Below are positions 1 to 10,318 of a stretch of 32,000 bases of DNA, one piece after another. How positions within the stretch are numbered: position 1 is the first letter of the stretch; each line of letters begins with the position of its first letter. This DNA is from Cenarchaeum sp. (lineage in GTDB: Archaea > Thermoproteota > Nitrososphaeria > Nitrososphaerales > Nitrosopumilaceae). The position numbers were made by a program, and so were the translations under genes. The stretch spans positions 150,276 through 182,275 of the forward strand of contig CBDAUQ010000001.1 of the NCBI GenBank assembly GCA_965200655.1, written 5' to 3'. The notes under the pieces were generated by a model. It did no database searches and was not told the origin of the DNA. It saw nothing but the letters and a program-made list of their open reading frames with translations.

Positions 1-133
1 TTATGGCAAACCCCTTTTTGACGTCGATGTCCTTGAAGACGATGATCATCTCGAGCGACTGCTTGAAGTTGCGCTTTTCCGACGACCCCTTTGCCTTGCG
101 GACCATCTCGGCCAGCTCGCCCTCGCTTACCAT
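1..133 (-). CDS. rpl1: 50S ribosomal protein L1, N-terminal part (gene runs off the left edge)
   Basis: The minus-strand translation from ATG (133..131) reads MVSEGELAEMVRKAKGSSEKRNFKQSLEMIIVFKDIDVKKGFAI. This matches the conserved archaeal L1 N-terminus (..A...pRNF.QS.E....LK.ID..k). It is under 60 aa, so it is absent from the ORF track. Confidence 0.8.
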   Translation of the reverse strand, partial: MVSEGELAEMVRKAKGSSEKRNFKQSLEMIIVFKDIDVKKGFAI

Positions 134-154
134 GCGCGCGCCGCCCGCGGCGCC

Positions 155-164
155 TATTTTAAAG
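155..164 (-). promoter_or_regulatory. TATA-like box for rpl1 (CTTTAAAATA on minus strand), about 27 nt upstream of the ATG
   Basis: This AT-rich octamer sits in otherwise >70% GC DNA. Its centre lies about 27 nt from the start codon, the same spacing seen at many other genes in this window (leaderless pattern). Confidence 0.45.
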
Positions 165-223
165 GGTGTGCGGGGCGCGAGGGCGGCCCGGCCCGGCCCG
201 GTCCGGCCCGCCGCCGATGCCGC

Positions 224-248
224 GGCCCCGCGCATAAGTTCAGGTCCC
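224..248 (+). repeat. 8-bp target-site duplication GGCCCCGC (224..231) plus left terminal inverted repeat GCATAAGTTCAGGTCCC (232..248) of IS element 1
   Basis: The exact reverse complement of 232..248 occurs at 3415..3431. The 8-mer GGCCCCGC abuts both ends directly (224..231 and 3432..3439). Confidence 0.85.
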
Positions 249-287
249 TAGGCGTGCCTGCCCCACACGGCCGCCCGGGACGCGCCG

Positions 288-393
288 GCGCCGAGGGCGA
301 TGCTCGGCGCGGCCAGGGGCCGCCGGGGCCGCCGCCGGCGGCGCCGAGGGCGATGCTCGGCGCGGCCAGGGGCCGCCGGGGCCGCCGCCGGCG
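288..393. repeat. Perfect 53-bp tandem duplication (2 units: 288..340 and 341..393)
   Basis: The unit GCGCCGAGGGCGATGCTCGGCGCGGCCAGGGGCCGCCGGGGCCGCCGCCGGCG is repeated head-to-tail without mismatch. Each unit contains the hairpin GCCGAG-ggcgatg-CTCGGC. Confidence 0.9.
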
Positions 394-488
394 GCGGCGG
401 CAGTTGGTGTAGAACGCATGACAAGCAGGTCAAAGACAGCTGACCACGCCGTTGTTGGTCGGGGGCGGGGCGTAGCGGGCGAAGCGAC

Positions 489-3107
<2,619 letters not shown>

Positions 3108-3414
3108 CCAATCCGCCCCCGACTGGGGTTTGACCGATCCGCCGATCGGCCCCCTCCGGCCGCCCCTCCCCAGCCGTTTCGGCCCCCTCCCGCCGAACGC
3201 GCCGCCGCGAAGAGGCCCAAAGGCCCGAATGGGGCCGGCATGCCGCGCTCCTGCCACTGCACGGGACGGCCGCGGGCCGCCCTGCGCGGCGCCATCATGC
3301 AGGATGCGGGCGATCCCTCCCCCCTCCGCATCCGCCATCCCTGGCCGCATCCCATGCATCGCCCCTCACGGGGCGGCCACCACGCCGCCCCTCGTTCAGG
3401 CGTTACCTAGGTAG

Positions 3415-3439
3415 GGGACCTGAACTTATGCGGCCCCGC
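3415..3439 (+). repeat. Right terminal inverted repeat (3415..3431) plus 8-bp target-site duplication GGCCCCGC (3432..3439) of IS element 1
   Basis: GGGACCTGAACTTATGC is the exact reverse complement of 232..248. The flanking 8-mer is identical to 224..231. Confidence 0.85.
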
Positions 3440-3490
3440 CGCCGGCGCCTGCCCGCTAGCTATTTATTCAAAAATCGGCCCCGCCGCGCC

Positions 3491-3889
3491 GTGCCGGTTG
3501 CAAGAAAGCACATGAGGGAGCGCGACGAGGCGTCGAGGCGCAGGCCAAAGTTCGTGCGCCCCGAGAGCTGGCGGTACGTGCGGCTCGAGACGACGTGGCG
3601 CAAGCCAAAGGGCATCGACAACCACCAGCGCAAGCAAAAGAGCCGCGGGCGGCCCGGCATCGTAAAGGTGGGGTACGGCGGCGCCAGGCTGACGAGGGGC
3701 CTGCACCCGTCGGGGTACACCGACAACCTGGTCCACAACGTGGCCGGGCTCGACGGCCTGGACCCCTCCCGCGACGGCGTCCGCATCGCGCACGGCGTCG
3801 GCAGGCGCAAGCGCATCCAGATCGCCTCCGAGGCGGTCTCGCGCAAGCTCAAGGTGTTCAACGCGAGGGTGACGCCGGTTGGTAGTTAA
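3491..3889 (+). CDS. rpl32e: 50S ribosomal protein L32e
   Basis: RPKFVRPESWRYVRLETTWRKPKGIDNHQRKQ...GYGGARLTRGLHPSGY...RIAHGVGRRKR matches the L32e signature. GTG 3491 lies about 26 nt downstream of a TATA-like box (TATTTATTCAAAAAT, 3461..3475). The alternative start is ATG 3512. Confidence 0.85.
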   Translation: MPVARKHMRERDEASRRRPKFVRPESWRYVRLETTWRKPKGIDNHQRKQKSRGRPGIVKVGYGGARLTRGLHPSGYTDNLVHNVAGLDGLDPSRDGVRIAHGVGRRKRIQIASEAVSRKLKVFNARVTPVGS

Positions 3890-4523
3890 CCTGCGGGCAA
3901 AAAAGAGGCTCGCCTCGCGCGTGACGGGCGTCGGCGTGCACCGCATCTACTTTGACCCCGAGCACCTCGGGGACATATCCGACGCGATCATGCGCAGCGA
4001 CATACGCAGCCTCGTCTCGGCCGGCAAGATCCGCATAAGGCCGATAGTGGGGACGTCCCGCGGCAGGGCCCGCCGCAAGAGGCTGCAGCGCTCAAAGCGC
4101 GGCACAAAGGCGGGCTCAAAGCACGGGCGCGCCGGCGCGCGCATCGGCAAAAAGCAGGTGTACGTCAAAAAGGTCAGGGCGCTGCGGCACCTGCTAAAGG
4201 TGGCAAAGGACAGGGCCGAGATCACCAACCCCGAGTTTTGGATGCTGTACAAAAAGGTCGGCGGCAACACGGTCCGCAACAAGGCGCACCTGCGGCTCTT
4301 GATCGGCGAGGTAAAGGCGGGCAGGCCCGCCGTGGGGGACGACGCGCCTGGGGGCGCCCCCGGGCCGGCCGGGGCCGAGGCCCCGCCGCCCGTGGACGCG
4401 GGGGACGCCGCCCCGCCGCCCGGGGGCAGTGCGGGTGGAGACGGGGATGGCGCCGCCGGCATCGCCGGGGCCGAGACCTCCGCGGACGACGATGCCGGCG
4501 ACGGCGGCGGCGGCAGGGCCTAG
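3879..4523 (+). CDS. rpl19e: 50S ribosomal protein L19e with a long acidic G/A/P/D-rich C-terminal tail
   Basis: NLRAKKRLASRVTGVGVHRIYFDPEHLGDISDAIMRSDIRSLVSAGKIRIRP...RGRARRKR...GSKHGRAGAR is the L19e pattern. It follows L32e as in archaeal r-protein clusters. The last ~65 aa are low complexity. Start TTG 3879 overlaps the rpl32e stop. Confidence 0.85.
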   Translation: MVVNLRAKKRLASRVTGVGVHRIYFDPEHLGDISDAIMRSDIRSLVSAGKIRIRPIVGTSRGRARRKRLQRSKRGTKAGSKHGRAGARIGKKQVYVKKVRALRHLLKVAKDRAEITNPEFWMLYKKVGGNTVRNKAHLRLLIGEVKAGRPAVGDDAPGGAPGPAGAEAPPPVDAGDAAPPPGGSAGGDGDGAAGIAGAETSADDDAGDGGGGRA

Positions 4524-4744
4524 CGCGGCCCCGCGAGTGCGAACGCGCCCTTTTGCGTTATGCCAAAAACCCGGGTACGATCGGGCGGCGGCCGGCAGGG
4601 CGCCACGCGGCAGCGCGCCTCATAGAACGGCCGCCTGCGAACGCGCGGGTCCTTCCCTGGGGCGCGTGCCAGTCCGGGCGCCGGCCCGGCGGAGCCCCGT
4701 GCCTTTGGCGCGGCAGCCTTTTGGGCGGGCGCCGCCTGCGGGGC

Positions 4745-5137
4745 CTAGCGCCCCTCTGTCCCTGCCCGCGCGCCGCCGGCGGCGCCGCCGGCGGGCCGGG
4801 CCGCTTTGCGCCGCGCCGGCGCGGCCCCCGCGAACCTGAACCTGGCCCGCCCCCCGTCGAACCCGACGATCCTGCCGTCGCCGCCGACCTCGACTCCCTC
4901 CCTCCTGAGCATGGCCGCCTTCGAGTCCGCTCCGTACATGTACCCGCCGATATGCCCGTCCGAGCGCACGACCCTGTGGCAGGGGACTATGCCGGGGTGC
5001 GGGTTGGCCGCCATCATGCGGCCGACGGCGCGCTGGCCGTTCTCGATCCCCGCCGCCCTCGCAAGGTCGGCGTACGTGACGACCGCGCCGCGCGGCACCG
5101 AGCACAGGGCGGCATAGACGCGCTCGGCGGGGCTCAC
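4745..5137 (-). CDS. ogt: Methylated-DNA-protein-cysteine methyltransferase family protein (short, DNA-binding/active-site domain only)
   Basis: VVTYADLARAAGIENGQRAVGRMMAANPHPGIVPCHRVVRSDGHIGGY contains the PCHRV active-site motif. GTG start 5137 forms a GTGA 4-nt overlap with the dtdA stop (5134..5136). The upstream part of the 348-aa track ORF is an off-frame overlap with dtdA. Confidence 0.8.
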   Translation of the reverse strand: MSPAERVYAALCSVPRGAVVTYADLARAAGIENGQRAVGRMMAANPHPGIVPCHRVVRSDGHIGGYMYGADSKAAMLRREGVEVGGDGRIVGFDGGRARFRFAGAAPARRKAARPAGGAAGGARAGTEGR

Positions 5138-6006
5138 GCGCGGACGACCTCCAGCCCTGCGGACTCTAGCATGCCGAGCACCCTGCGCTTGTGCCCGCCC
5201 AGGCCCTTTGCGTCGACCAGGGCCGCGTCGACGGGGGCGTTCCTCTCGAGTATGTGCGCGAGCATTTCCTCGTCGAGGAATTCGAGGGCGTGCCTGGGCA
5301 CCACGGTGCCGAGGTCGTACCTGCCCCGGACGACGGCGTCGGTGAACCTCTTGGGGTAGTGGGTCCCGCCCAGGCAGACGGCGCGCGGCGGCCGGCCCCG
5401 CCCCCCCGCCGCTGCCGCCGCCGCCGCCCCGCCCGCGACAGACTCGGCGGCCCGCCTGGCGATCCCCGCGACCGACGCGCACAGCGCATCGTCGGTCCAC
5501 TGCGCCTCGGTCGTGCCGACCTCGACGAACACCGAGGGGCGCTCCAGGTCGGTCGGCCCGTGGTGGGTCGCCTCGATCGTTATCTCGAACCCTCCGAACC
5601 CTGCCCTGGCCTCGTGGAGCAGCCTCATGTACGCGCCGTGCATCTCGGGGTACGGCACGGCCACCTGCCCGTCGCGCCCGCCCAGGGCGGCGGGCCCAAA
5701 GTTGCCCGTCGAGTGGCATGTCAGGGCCGGAACGCCCGACCTTGCCGCGTGCCTGGACAGGAACACGAACCCCGAGTACCTCTCGCCCCACCCCTCGCCC
5801 GACCCGGCGCCGAGCCAGTCGGCCGACACGACGGGATCGTCGCTGACGAGCACGTCAAAGGCGGGCCCCCTGTACAGCCTGCCCCTGCCCGTGGCCCCCT
5901 CGTCCTCGGCCATGCCGGATGCGAGGCTCTCGGCCATGCGCAGGCCGGCCGGGTCGCCCGCGTGCGCAGCGAAGAGGTCCACGTGCAACGGATATAAGCG
6001 GCCCAT
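5134..6006 (-). CDS. dtdA: Archaeal-type D-aminoacyl-tRNA deacylase (DTD2)
   Basis: FLSRHAARSGVPALTCHSTGNFG and IEATHHGPTDLERPSVFVEVGTTEAQW are the characteristic DTD2 blocks. The start is taken at ATG 6006 (MGRLYPLHV). It contains an Ala/Gly-rich insert. Confidence 0.8.
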   Translation of the reverse strand: MGRLYPLHVDLFAAHAGDPAGLRMAESLASGMAEDEGATGRGRLYRGPAFDVLVSDDPVVSADWLGAGSGEGWGERYSGFVFLSRHAARSGVPALTCHSTGNFGPAALGGRDGQVAVPYPEMHGAYMRLLHEARAGFGGFEITIEATHHGPTDLERPSVFVEVGTTEAQWTDDALCASVAGIARRAAESVAGGAAAAAAAGGRGRPPRAVCLGGTHYPKRFTDAVVRGRYDLGTVVPRHALEFLDEEMLAHILERNAPVDAALVDAKGLGGHKRRVLGMLESAGLEVVRA

Positions 6007-6021
6007 ATCAAGCTCGCCCGC

Positions 6022-6195
6022 TTGAAACCAAAGCAGACGCTCAAGAACATGGTCAACACGATGAAGATGGCCAAAAAGTCCGACAAGGACGACTACATGC
6101 AGCACCTGCGGCTCGTCCTGCTCGGCATTGGCGGGGTCGGGACGATCGGATTCATCATACAGTTCGTCTTCTCCGTCGCGACGTACGGCACGTAG
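6022..6195 (+). CDS. secE: Preprotein translocase subunit SecE / Sec61-gamma
   Basis: The translation ..MVNTMKMAKKSDKDDYMQHLRLVLLGIGGVGTIGFIIQFVFSVATYGT* has the KKP-x-x-EY-like motif followed by a single TM helix, typical of archaeal SecE. It is too short for the ORF track. TTG 6022 lies about 27 nt from TATA ATATAAG (5992..5998). The alternative start is ATG 6049. Confidence 0.75.
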   Translation: MKPKQTLKNMVNTMKMAKKSDKDDYMQHLRLVLLGIGGVGTIGFIIQFVFSVATYGT

Positions 6196-6393
6196 GGCGC
6201 GCCTAGGGTGCCGCCCGCGCCGCGGCGGGCCTCTCCCTGACCGCCCGACTAGCGCACCTGTTCCCGCGCCGCCGCCCGCCCGCCCGCCACGCTTGACGGG
6301 CTTTGCAAGGTGACGGCCCGCCCGCCCCGCCTCTGCCCTGGGCTGGTGAGGCTGGGGGGCCGCGGCTGGCCGGCGGCAGGGGCGCCCTGCGAG

Positions 6394-6651
6394 CTACGTG
6401 CCGGCAAGCGGCGGGCCGTCGGGCCCTGCAACGGCCGACACGGCGGCCAGCACGAGGATCAGTCCGGGATAGGCCGCCAGGCTGATCACGCCCAGCCACA
6501 GGCAGCGCCTTGCCTTGTGCACGTCGTCGTAGCGCAGCGCAAAGTAGTAGAGTATCCCGCCGCCGAACAGTACGGAGTACACGTACCACCACCTGCTTCT
6601 CGGCTTTAGGTGTCCGTCCCGCGCGGCCGCGCCGTCGGGGGGGCCGCTCAC
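6394..6651 (-). CDS. Small predicted membrane protein (2 TM), hypothetical
   Basis: GTG 6651 forms a GTGA overlap with the stop of the upstream gene (6648..6650). The product contains WWYVYSVLFGGGILYYFAL and LWLGVISLAAYPGLILVLAAVSAV hydrophobic spans. No family was recognised. Confidence 0.45.
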   Translation of the reverse strand: MSGPPDGAAARDGHLKPRSRWWYVYSVLFGGGILYYFALRYDDVHKARRCLWLGVISLAAYPGLILVLAAVSAVAGPDGPPLAGT

Positions 6652-7832
6652 GGGCGGTCGACGATCCTGTTCCGCCTGCATTCCACCTGCGCCCGCCGAC
6701 GCGCGAGGGCCACGCCCGCCGCCACTGGGGCGGCGACGTAGAGGCCGGCGTTGAGCGCAATGACGGCGATGCCCAGGGCGAGCACCTGCGCCTCCGAGCC
6801 GTCCTCGGCAAGCGACATTATGGACAGGGATGCGAGCATTGGCGTAATGAGCAGGCGGACGGCCTCGCGCACGGCCGGCACCTCGCGCTCCATGTCGGCC
6901 ACTGCCGGCGCGAACGCATAGTACGCCGCGTTGAACCCCGACATGAACGATGCGCCGGACGCGGTTCCCATTACCGTGCCGTCGCGCAGCTCGCGCAGCA
7001 TTTGCACCTGCGGGGCGAGCTCGGTTCCGTGCGCGGCCGTCGCCACGAGGCAGCTGCCGGAGGACGTGTCGGGCGCGGCCACGCACTGCCCGTCCTTTTC
7101 GACCGTGCCGGGGCCGCAGTTCAGGTCCGGCTTGACGTCGACGCAGCGCCCGTCCTCGAGCGTCTGGCCGGTTGGGCACGTGGGGGCGGCCGGCTCGGGC
7201 TCCTCGGCCACGCACTTTCCATCCTCTTCGACCGTGCCGGGGCCGCACTCAAGCTTTGGGGCGGGAGGCGGCGGAGGGGGAGGGGGCGGCGTTGCCGGCT
7301 GCGGCGGAGGGGTCGGGGCGACCGGCTGCGGCGGAGGGGTCGGGGCGACCGGCTGCGGCGGAGGGGTCGGGGCGACGGGCTCGGGGGGAGGAGTCGGGGC
7401 GACCGGCTGCGGGTCGGGGGCGACGGGCTCGGTCGTCCCCGTCCCGTCGTCGTCGCCCGAAAAGAACGCAAACGTCGCACTGGCCTTTTGGGCCGAGTAC
7501 TGGGCGCGCACCTCGTAGTCGCCGCTGCTCTTCCAGTTGGGGCCGTCGGCGATTATCGAGGCCGTGTATGATCCGTCGCCGGCCGGCGTCGCCTGGCTAA
7601 TGCCGACAATGTTGCCGACGGGGCTCATGATCCTGATCGTAACGCTGTGCAAAAGCGTGGGGTCGATATTGCGGACCGCGCCGGTGATGGTTATCGTGTC
7701 GCCCTTTACGTACCGATCCTCGACGACGATCGACAGCGGCTCCTGCGCCTCGGCGTCGCCGGCCGCCGCCGCGCACGCGAGCGCAACGGCCGCGACGCTG
7801 GCCAGTGCAAGATGTCCCGCCTTTGCACGCAT
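6648..7832 (-). CDS. Secreted/cell-surface protein: signal peptide, beta-rich N-domain, proline-rich linker, three Cys-hairpin repeats, conserved C-terminal membrane-anchoring module
   Basis: The N-terminal signal-like segment is MRAKAGHLALASVAAVALACAAAAG. The linker has (PVAPTPPPQ)n repeats. The Cys repeats are CGPGTVEEDGKCV / CPTGQTLEDGRCV / CGPGTVEKDGQCV. The C-terminal block is CLVATAAHGTELAPQVQMLRELRD...FMSGFNAAYYAFAPAVA plus a hydrophobic tail. I recall this C-terminal pattern from thaumarchaeal surface proteins but cannot verify it. Confidence 0.7.
   Translation of the reverse strand: MRAKAGHLALASVAAVALACAAAAGDAEAQEPLSIVVEDRYVKGDTITITGAVRNIDPTLLHSVTIRIMSPVGNIVGISQATPAGDGSYTASIIADGPNWKSSGDYEVRAQYSAQKASATFAFFSGDDDGTGTTEPVAPDPQPVAPTPPPEPVAPTPPPQPVAPTPPPQPVAPTPPPQPATPPPPPPPPPAPKLECGPGTVEEDGKCVAEEPEPAAPTCPTGQTLEDGRCVDVKPDLNCGPGTVEKDGQCVAAPDTSSGSCLVATAAHGTELAPQVQMLRELRDGTVMGTASGASFMSGFNAAYYAFAPAVADMEREVPAVREAVRLLITPMLASLSIMSLAEDGSEAQVLALGIAVIALNAGLYVAAPVAAGVALARRRAQVECRRNRIVDRP
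7295..7425. repeat. 27-bp tandem repeats (3 exact plus degenerate units) encoding the PVAPTPPPQ linker
   Basis: CCGGCTGCGGCGGAGGGGTCGGGGCGA occurs at 7295, 7322 and 7349, followed by diverged copies. Confidence 0.85.
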
Positions 7833-7858
7833 TGCTAACGCCCGCCGACCCCGCTAGG

Positions 7859-8140
7859 TATTTAAATATTGGCTAGGGGCCGCCAGGTTGTAGCATCTAA
7901 AAGTCGTGCACCGACCACCCACTCTACTCACACCAGCACAATGCCTAACTGCTCGTCCGTGACAGTGCGCCCCCGTCGGGGGCATCCTGCGGGCGCAGGC
8001 CGCGCGGGCGTCTCGCCCTAGCCGGGCGGCATGTGGCACTTTTCACAGCTGTATCCCCCGCGAGCCGATCTGTGGGGCCCTTGGCCCCTCCAGTGGACGG
8101 GCCGCTACGGTAAAGCGGCCCCAAGGCTGGTCGCACCTGG
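7859..8140 (+). repeat. Paralogous module A (TATA-like box plus ~250 bp), homologous to 9962..10250
   Basis: Blocks shared with module B: AAATA..GGCT, GTAGCATCTAAAAGTCGTGCAC, an identical 24-mer GGGGGCATCCTGCGGGCGCAGGCC (7978..8001), GGGCGTCTCGCCCT, CCGCGAGCC.ATCT.TGGGG, CCTTGGCCCCTCC and GCTGGTCGC. Confidence 0.8.
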
Positions 8141-8881
8141 CTGGACCTGCCGCGTTCCCGCCGTGCCCACGCCTCTACTGACCCGTCTTTTGGCCTCAGT
8201 CGCCCTGTCGTCCGCCTTTGACCCGTGCATGTCCTGTGCGGGATGTGTATCCCGCGCCGCGCTCAGCGTGCCTTCCATGCGGGCCGCGCCGGCCCTGCGC
8301 CGCGAGCGCGGCAGGCCGGCTGCCGCGCCGTACTCGCGGCGCCCTGCAGGCCGCCCGACGGCCTGCCCATGGGCAGCGGGAATCAGATGTCGGCTGGCCA
8401 GCGGTGGCGGTGCCGGCCCACAGGGCTGCGCCCGCCCGGCCTTGACGCCCGTCGACTCGGCAATCTGCGCGTTGGCCGTCTCGCCTTTGCCTTTTGGCGC
8501 GCAATCCATGCAGCCTTTGACCCGTCGGGCCCCGTCGCCGCCCTGACATTCCGGACGTCGATCTGCCGCACTTCCGTCGCGCCTCGGGGACGCCCCCGCA
8601 CCCGACATGTCCGCCCCGGGGACGTCCTCCGCCGAGGGCCGATGCTCTAGCGCGGCCGATCTCGCCTCGCCCCGCCCCGTGCATGTCCAGATCGCCGTAC
8701 GCACCCGCCCCGGCCCCCGCACCCAGACGCCCTCATTTCCATCGAGTTGCTCCCGCCGCCGGTTCCGCGCACGAGCGCGCGCGGGGGTGTGTGTGCACGA
8801 CTTTTGGGATTACACATTTGGGATGACCGAGGCATCGCCAGCCCCCCGCTAGGTTTAAGCGGGGGCCGTCGGACGGCGCCC

Positions 8882-9385
8882 GTGGAAGGCAGGCGCGTCC
8901 ATCTCGACACGTGGGCGATCATGGAAGTGTTAACCGAAGGCAAGCATGCGGATCGCGTCGAGTCCATACTGCGCCGGAGCGGCCCGGGCTCCTACTCGCT
9001 TGTCACCTCGCAGGTCTCGCTCGGCGAGGCGGCCGCCGTGATACTGCGGCGCGGGCCCGGCGCCGAGCGCATGCTCAAGGGGATGATCGCCCTGCTTTCG
9101 GACTGCAGGGTCGAGCCGGGCCGCTGCATGCCGCCCCTAGACGCCGGCGTGCTTGATGTCGTCCAGGATCTGGCTCGCACAGCCCCCCGCCTAGACATGA
9201 CCGACAGGGTCGTGCTCGCCCACGCCCTGGCCGATCCCGACTCTTCGTTTCTGATAACAAAGGATCGCAAGATCCTCAGCAACAGCACCAAGGTTGGCCG
9301 GTACGAGAAAAAGGCAAGAATGCAGGGATTGCGAAACACCAGGCTCAGGATTGTCGATCCAACCGAAACATACCCCGCCTTTTGA
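8882..9385 (+). CDS. PIN-domain protein (VapC-like ribonuclease), no adjacent antitoxin recognised
   Basis: The conserved acidic positions are in order: VHLDTWAIMEVL (D), SLGEAAAV (E), MTDRVVLAHALA (D), FLITKDRKIL (D). Start GTG 8882 is in frame. A/T-ending codons are enriched in the 3-prime half. Confidence 0.7.
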   Translation: MEGRRVHLDTWAIMEVLTEGKHADRVESILRRSGPGSYSLVTSQVSLGEAAAVILRRGPGAERMLKGMIALLSDCRVEPGRCMPPLDAGVLDVVQDLARTAPRLDMTDRVVLAHALADPDSSFLITKDRKILSNSTKVGRYEKKARMQGLRNTRLRIVDPTETYPAF

Positions 9386-9866
9386 CCTCGTCGAACGCGT
9401 CGTCTACGGCGCCGTGGCTGCGGTACATCCGGTCCTTTAGCATGTCCTTTATGTCTTGGAGGCTCTCCCTGTATTCTATGTTCGCGTCGAGCAGCGAGAC
9501 CGCCGCGCACATCCACTCGGCGCTCCTGCCGGACACGAGGTTGAGGAACTCGGCGGCCCTGAACCGGGATGGCATGTCCGGCGCGGCCGCCCTGTACACG
9601 CCGGCGTCCTCGTCGGAGAGCCTGTAGATGCCGTCGGCCATCTCGTCCGAGCACGGCCCGTTGCTGAACGCCGCGAACTCGAACCCCATGTCGTGGCCAT
9701 AGTACAGGGCCAAAAAGGCGCACTGCTCGATCCTGTCGACGACGGCGAGGCCCCCCTCGCCCGCGGGCAGCGGCGGGCCGAACTCGACGACCCCGTTGGC
9801 GGCCAGGAACTTTATGAAGCGGGCCAGCGGCGGCAGCATCTCGGGGCGCGCCTTCATGCCGATCAT
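9345..9866 (-). CDS. Hypothetical protein (weak resemblance to the DUF4065/Panacea-type antitoxin-associated domain)
   Basis: The start is taken at M (9866 or 9857). The segment AVVDRIEQCAFLALYYGHDMGFEFAAFSNGPCSDEMADGIYRL loosely follows the lKLqKLlY...f.aw.yGPvs..ly pattern. It converges on the PIN gene and overlaps it by 41 nt. The family assignment is tentative. Confidence 0.4.
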   Translation of the reverse strand: MIGMKARPEMLPPLARFIKFLAANGVVEFGPPLPAGEGGLAVVDRIEQCAFLALYYGHDMGFEFAAFSNGPCSDEMADGIYRLSDEDAGVYRAAAPDMPSRFRAAEFLNLVSGRSAEWMCAAVSLLDANIEYRESLQDIKDMLKDRMYRSHGAVDDAFDEVKRRGMFRLDRQS

Positions 9867-9961
9867 GTCAAGGCGCTCGGCGCGCGACAGGGTCGTGCTC
9901 TGCTGGACGCGGGCGGGAAACTCCACCGCAGAAATGGACACGCAGGCCCCTCTGTGCGTTG

Positions 9962-10250
9962 CCAAATAAGGCTTTGCATGCGGCGCCCCGGCGTAGTATC
10001 CCAAAGCCGTGCACTCGCCCCGCACCTTCCTGCTTGCGCCTGTGCAGGTTGCCTGGCCGCTCGTCCGCTGCCGACCCCCCTGGGGGCATCCTGCGGGCGC
10101 AGGCCACGGCGGGCGTCTCGCCCTCGTCGAGCGACATGCGGTCCCTCTCGTAGCTGTACCGCCCCGCGAGCCTATCTATGGGGTTCCTTGGCCCCTCCGA
10201 GTAGAGCGGGCCGCCTGCGGCGAAGCGCCCCACAGCTGGTCGCGTCTCGA
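9962..10250 (+). repeat. Paralogous module B (TATA-like box plus ~260 bp), homologous to 7859..8140
   Basis: It has the same ordered blocks as module A, including the identical 24-mer at 10082..10105. The TATA-like CCAAATAAGG (9962..9971) is centred about 27 nt before the conserved GTAGTATC (9993). Confidence 0.8.
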
Positions 10251-10318
10251 AATCCGATGCGAGGCCATCCCCCCGCCGACCACCGCCTGCGGCGAAGCGC
10301 CCCACAGCTGGTCGCGTC
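10211..10318 (+). repeat. Exact 36-bp direct repeat, 72-bp period (10211..10246 and 10283..10318)
   Basis: CCGCCTGCGGCGAAGCGCCCCACAGCTGGTCGCGTC occurs twice. Module A carries a single diverged copy (about 8100..8135). Confidence 0.9.

Noticed and set aside
4238-5791. Long ORFs 4238..5359 (+, 373 aa) and 4745..5791 (-, 348 aa)
   Set aside because: Only the last 130 codons of the minus ORF carry the MGMT domain, and a GTG start gives a GTGA overlap with dtdA. The remainder is out of frame over dtdA, and the plus ORF is R/G/P-rich noise.
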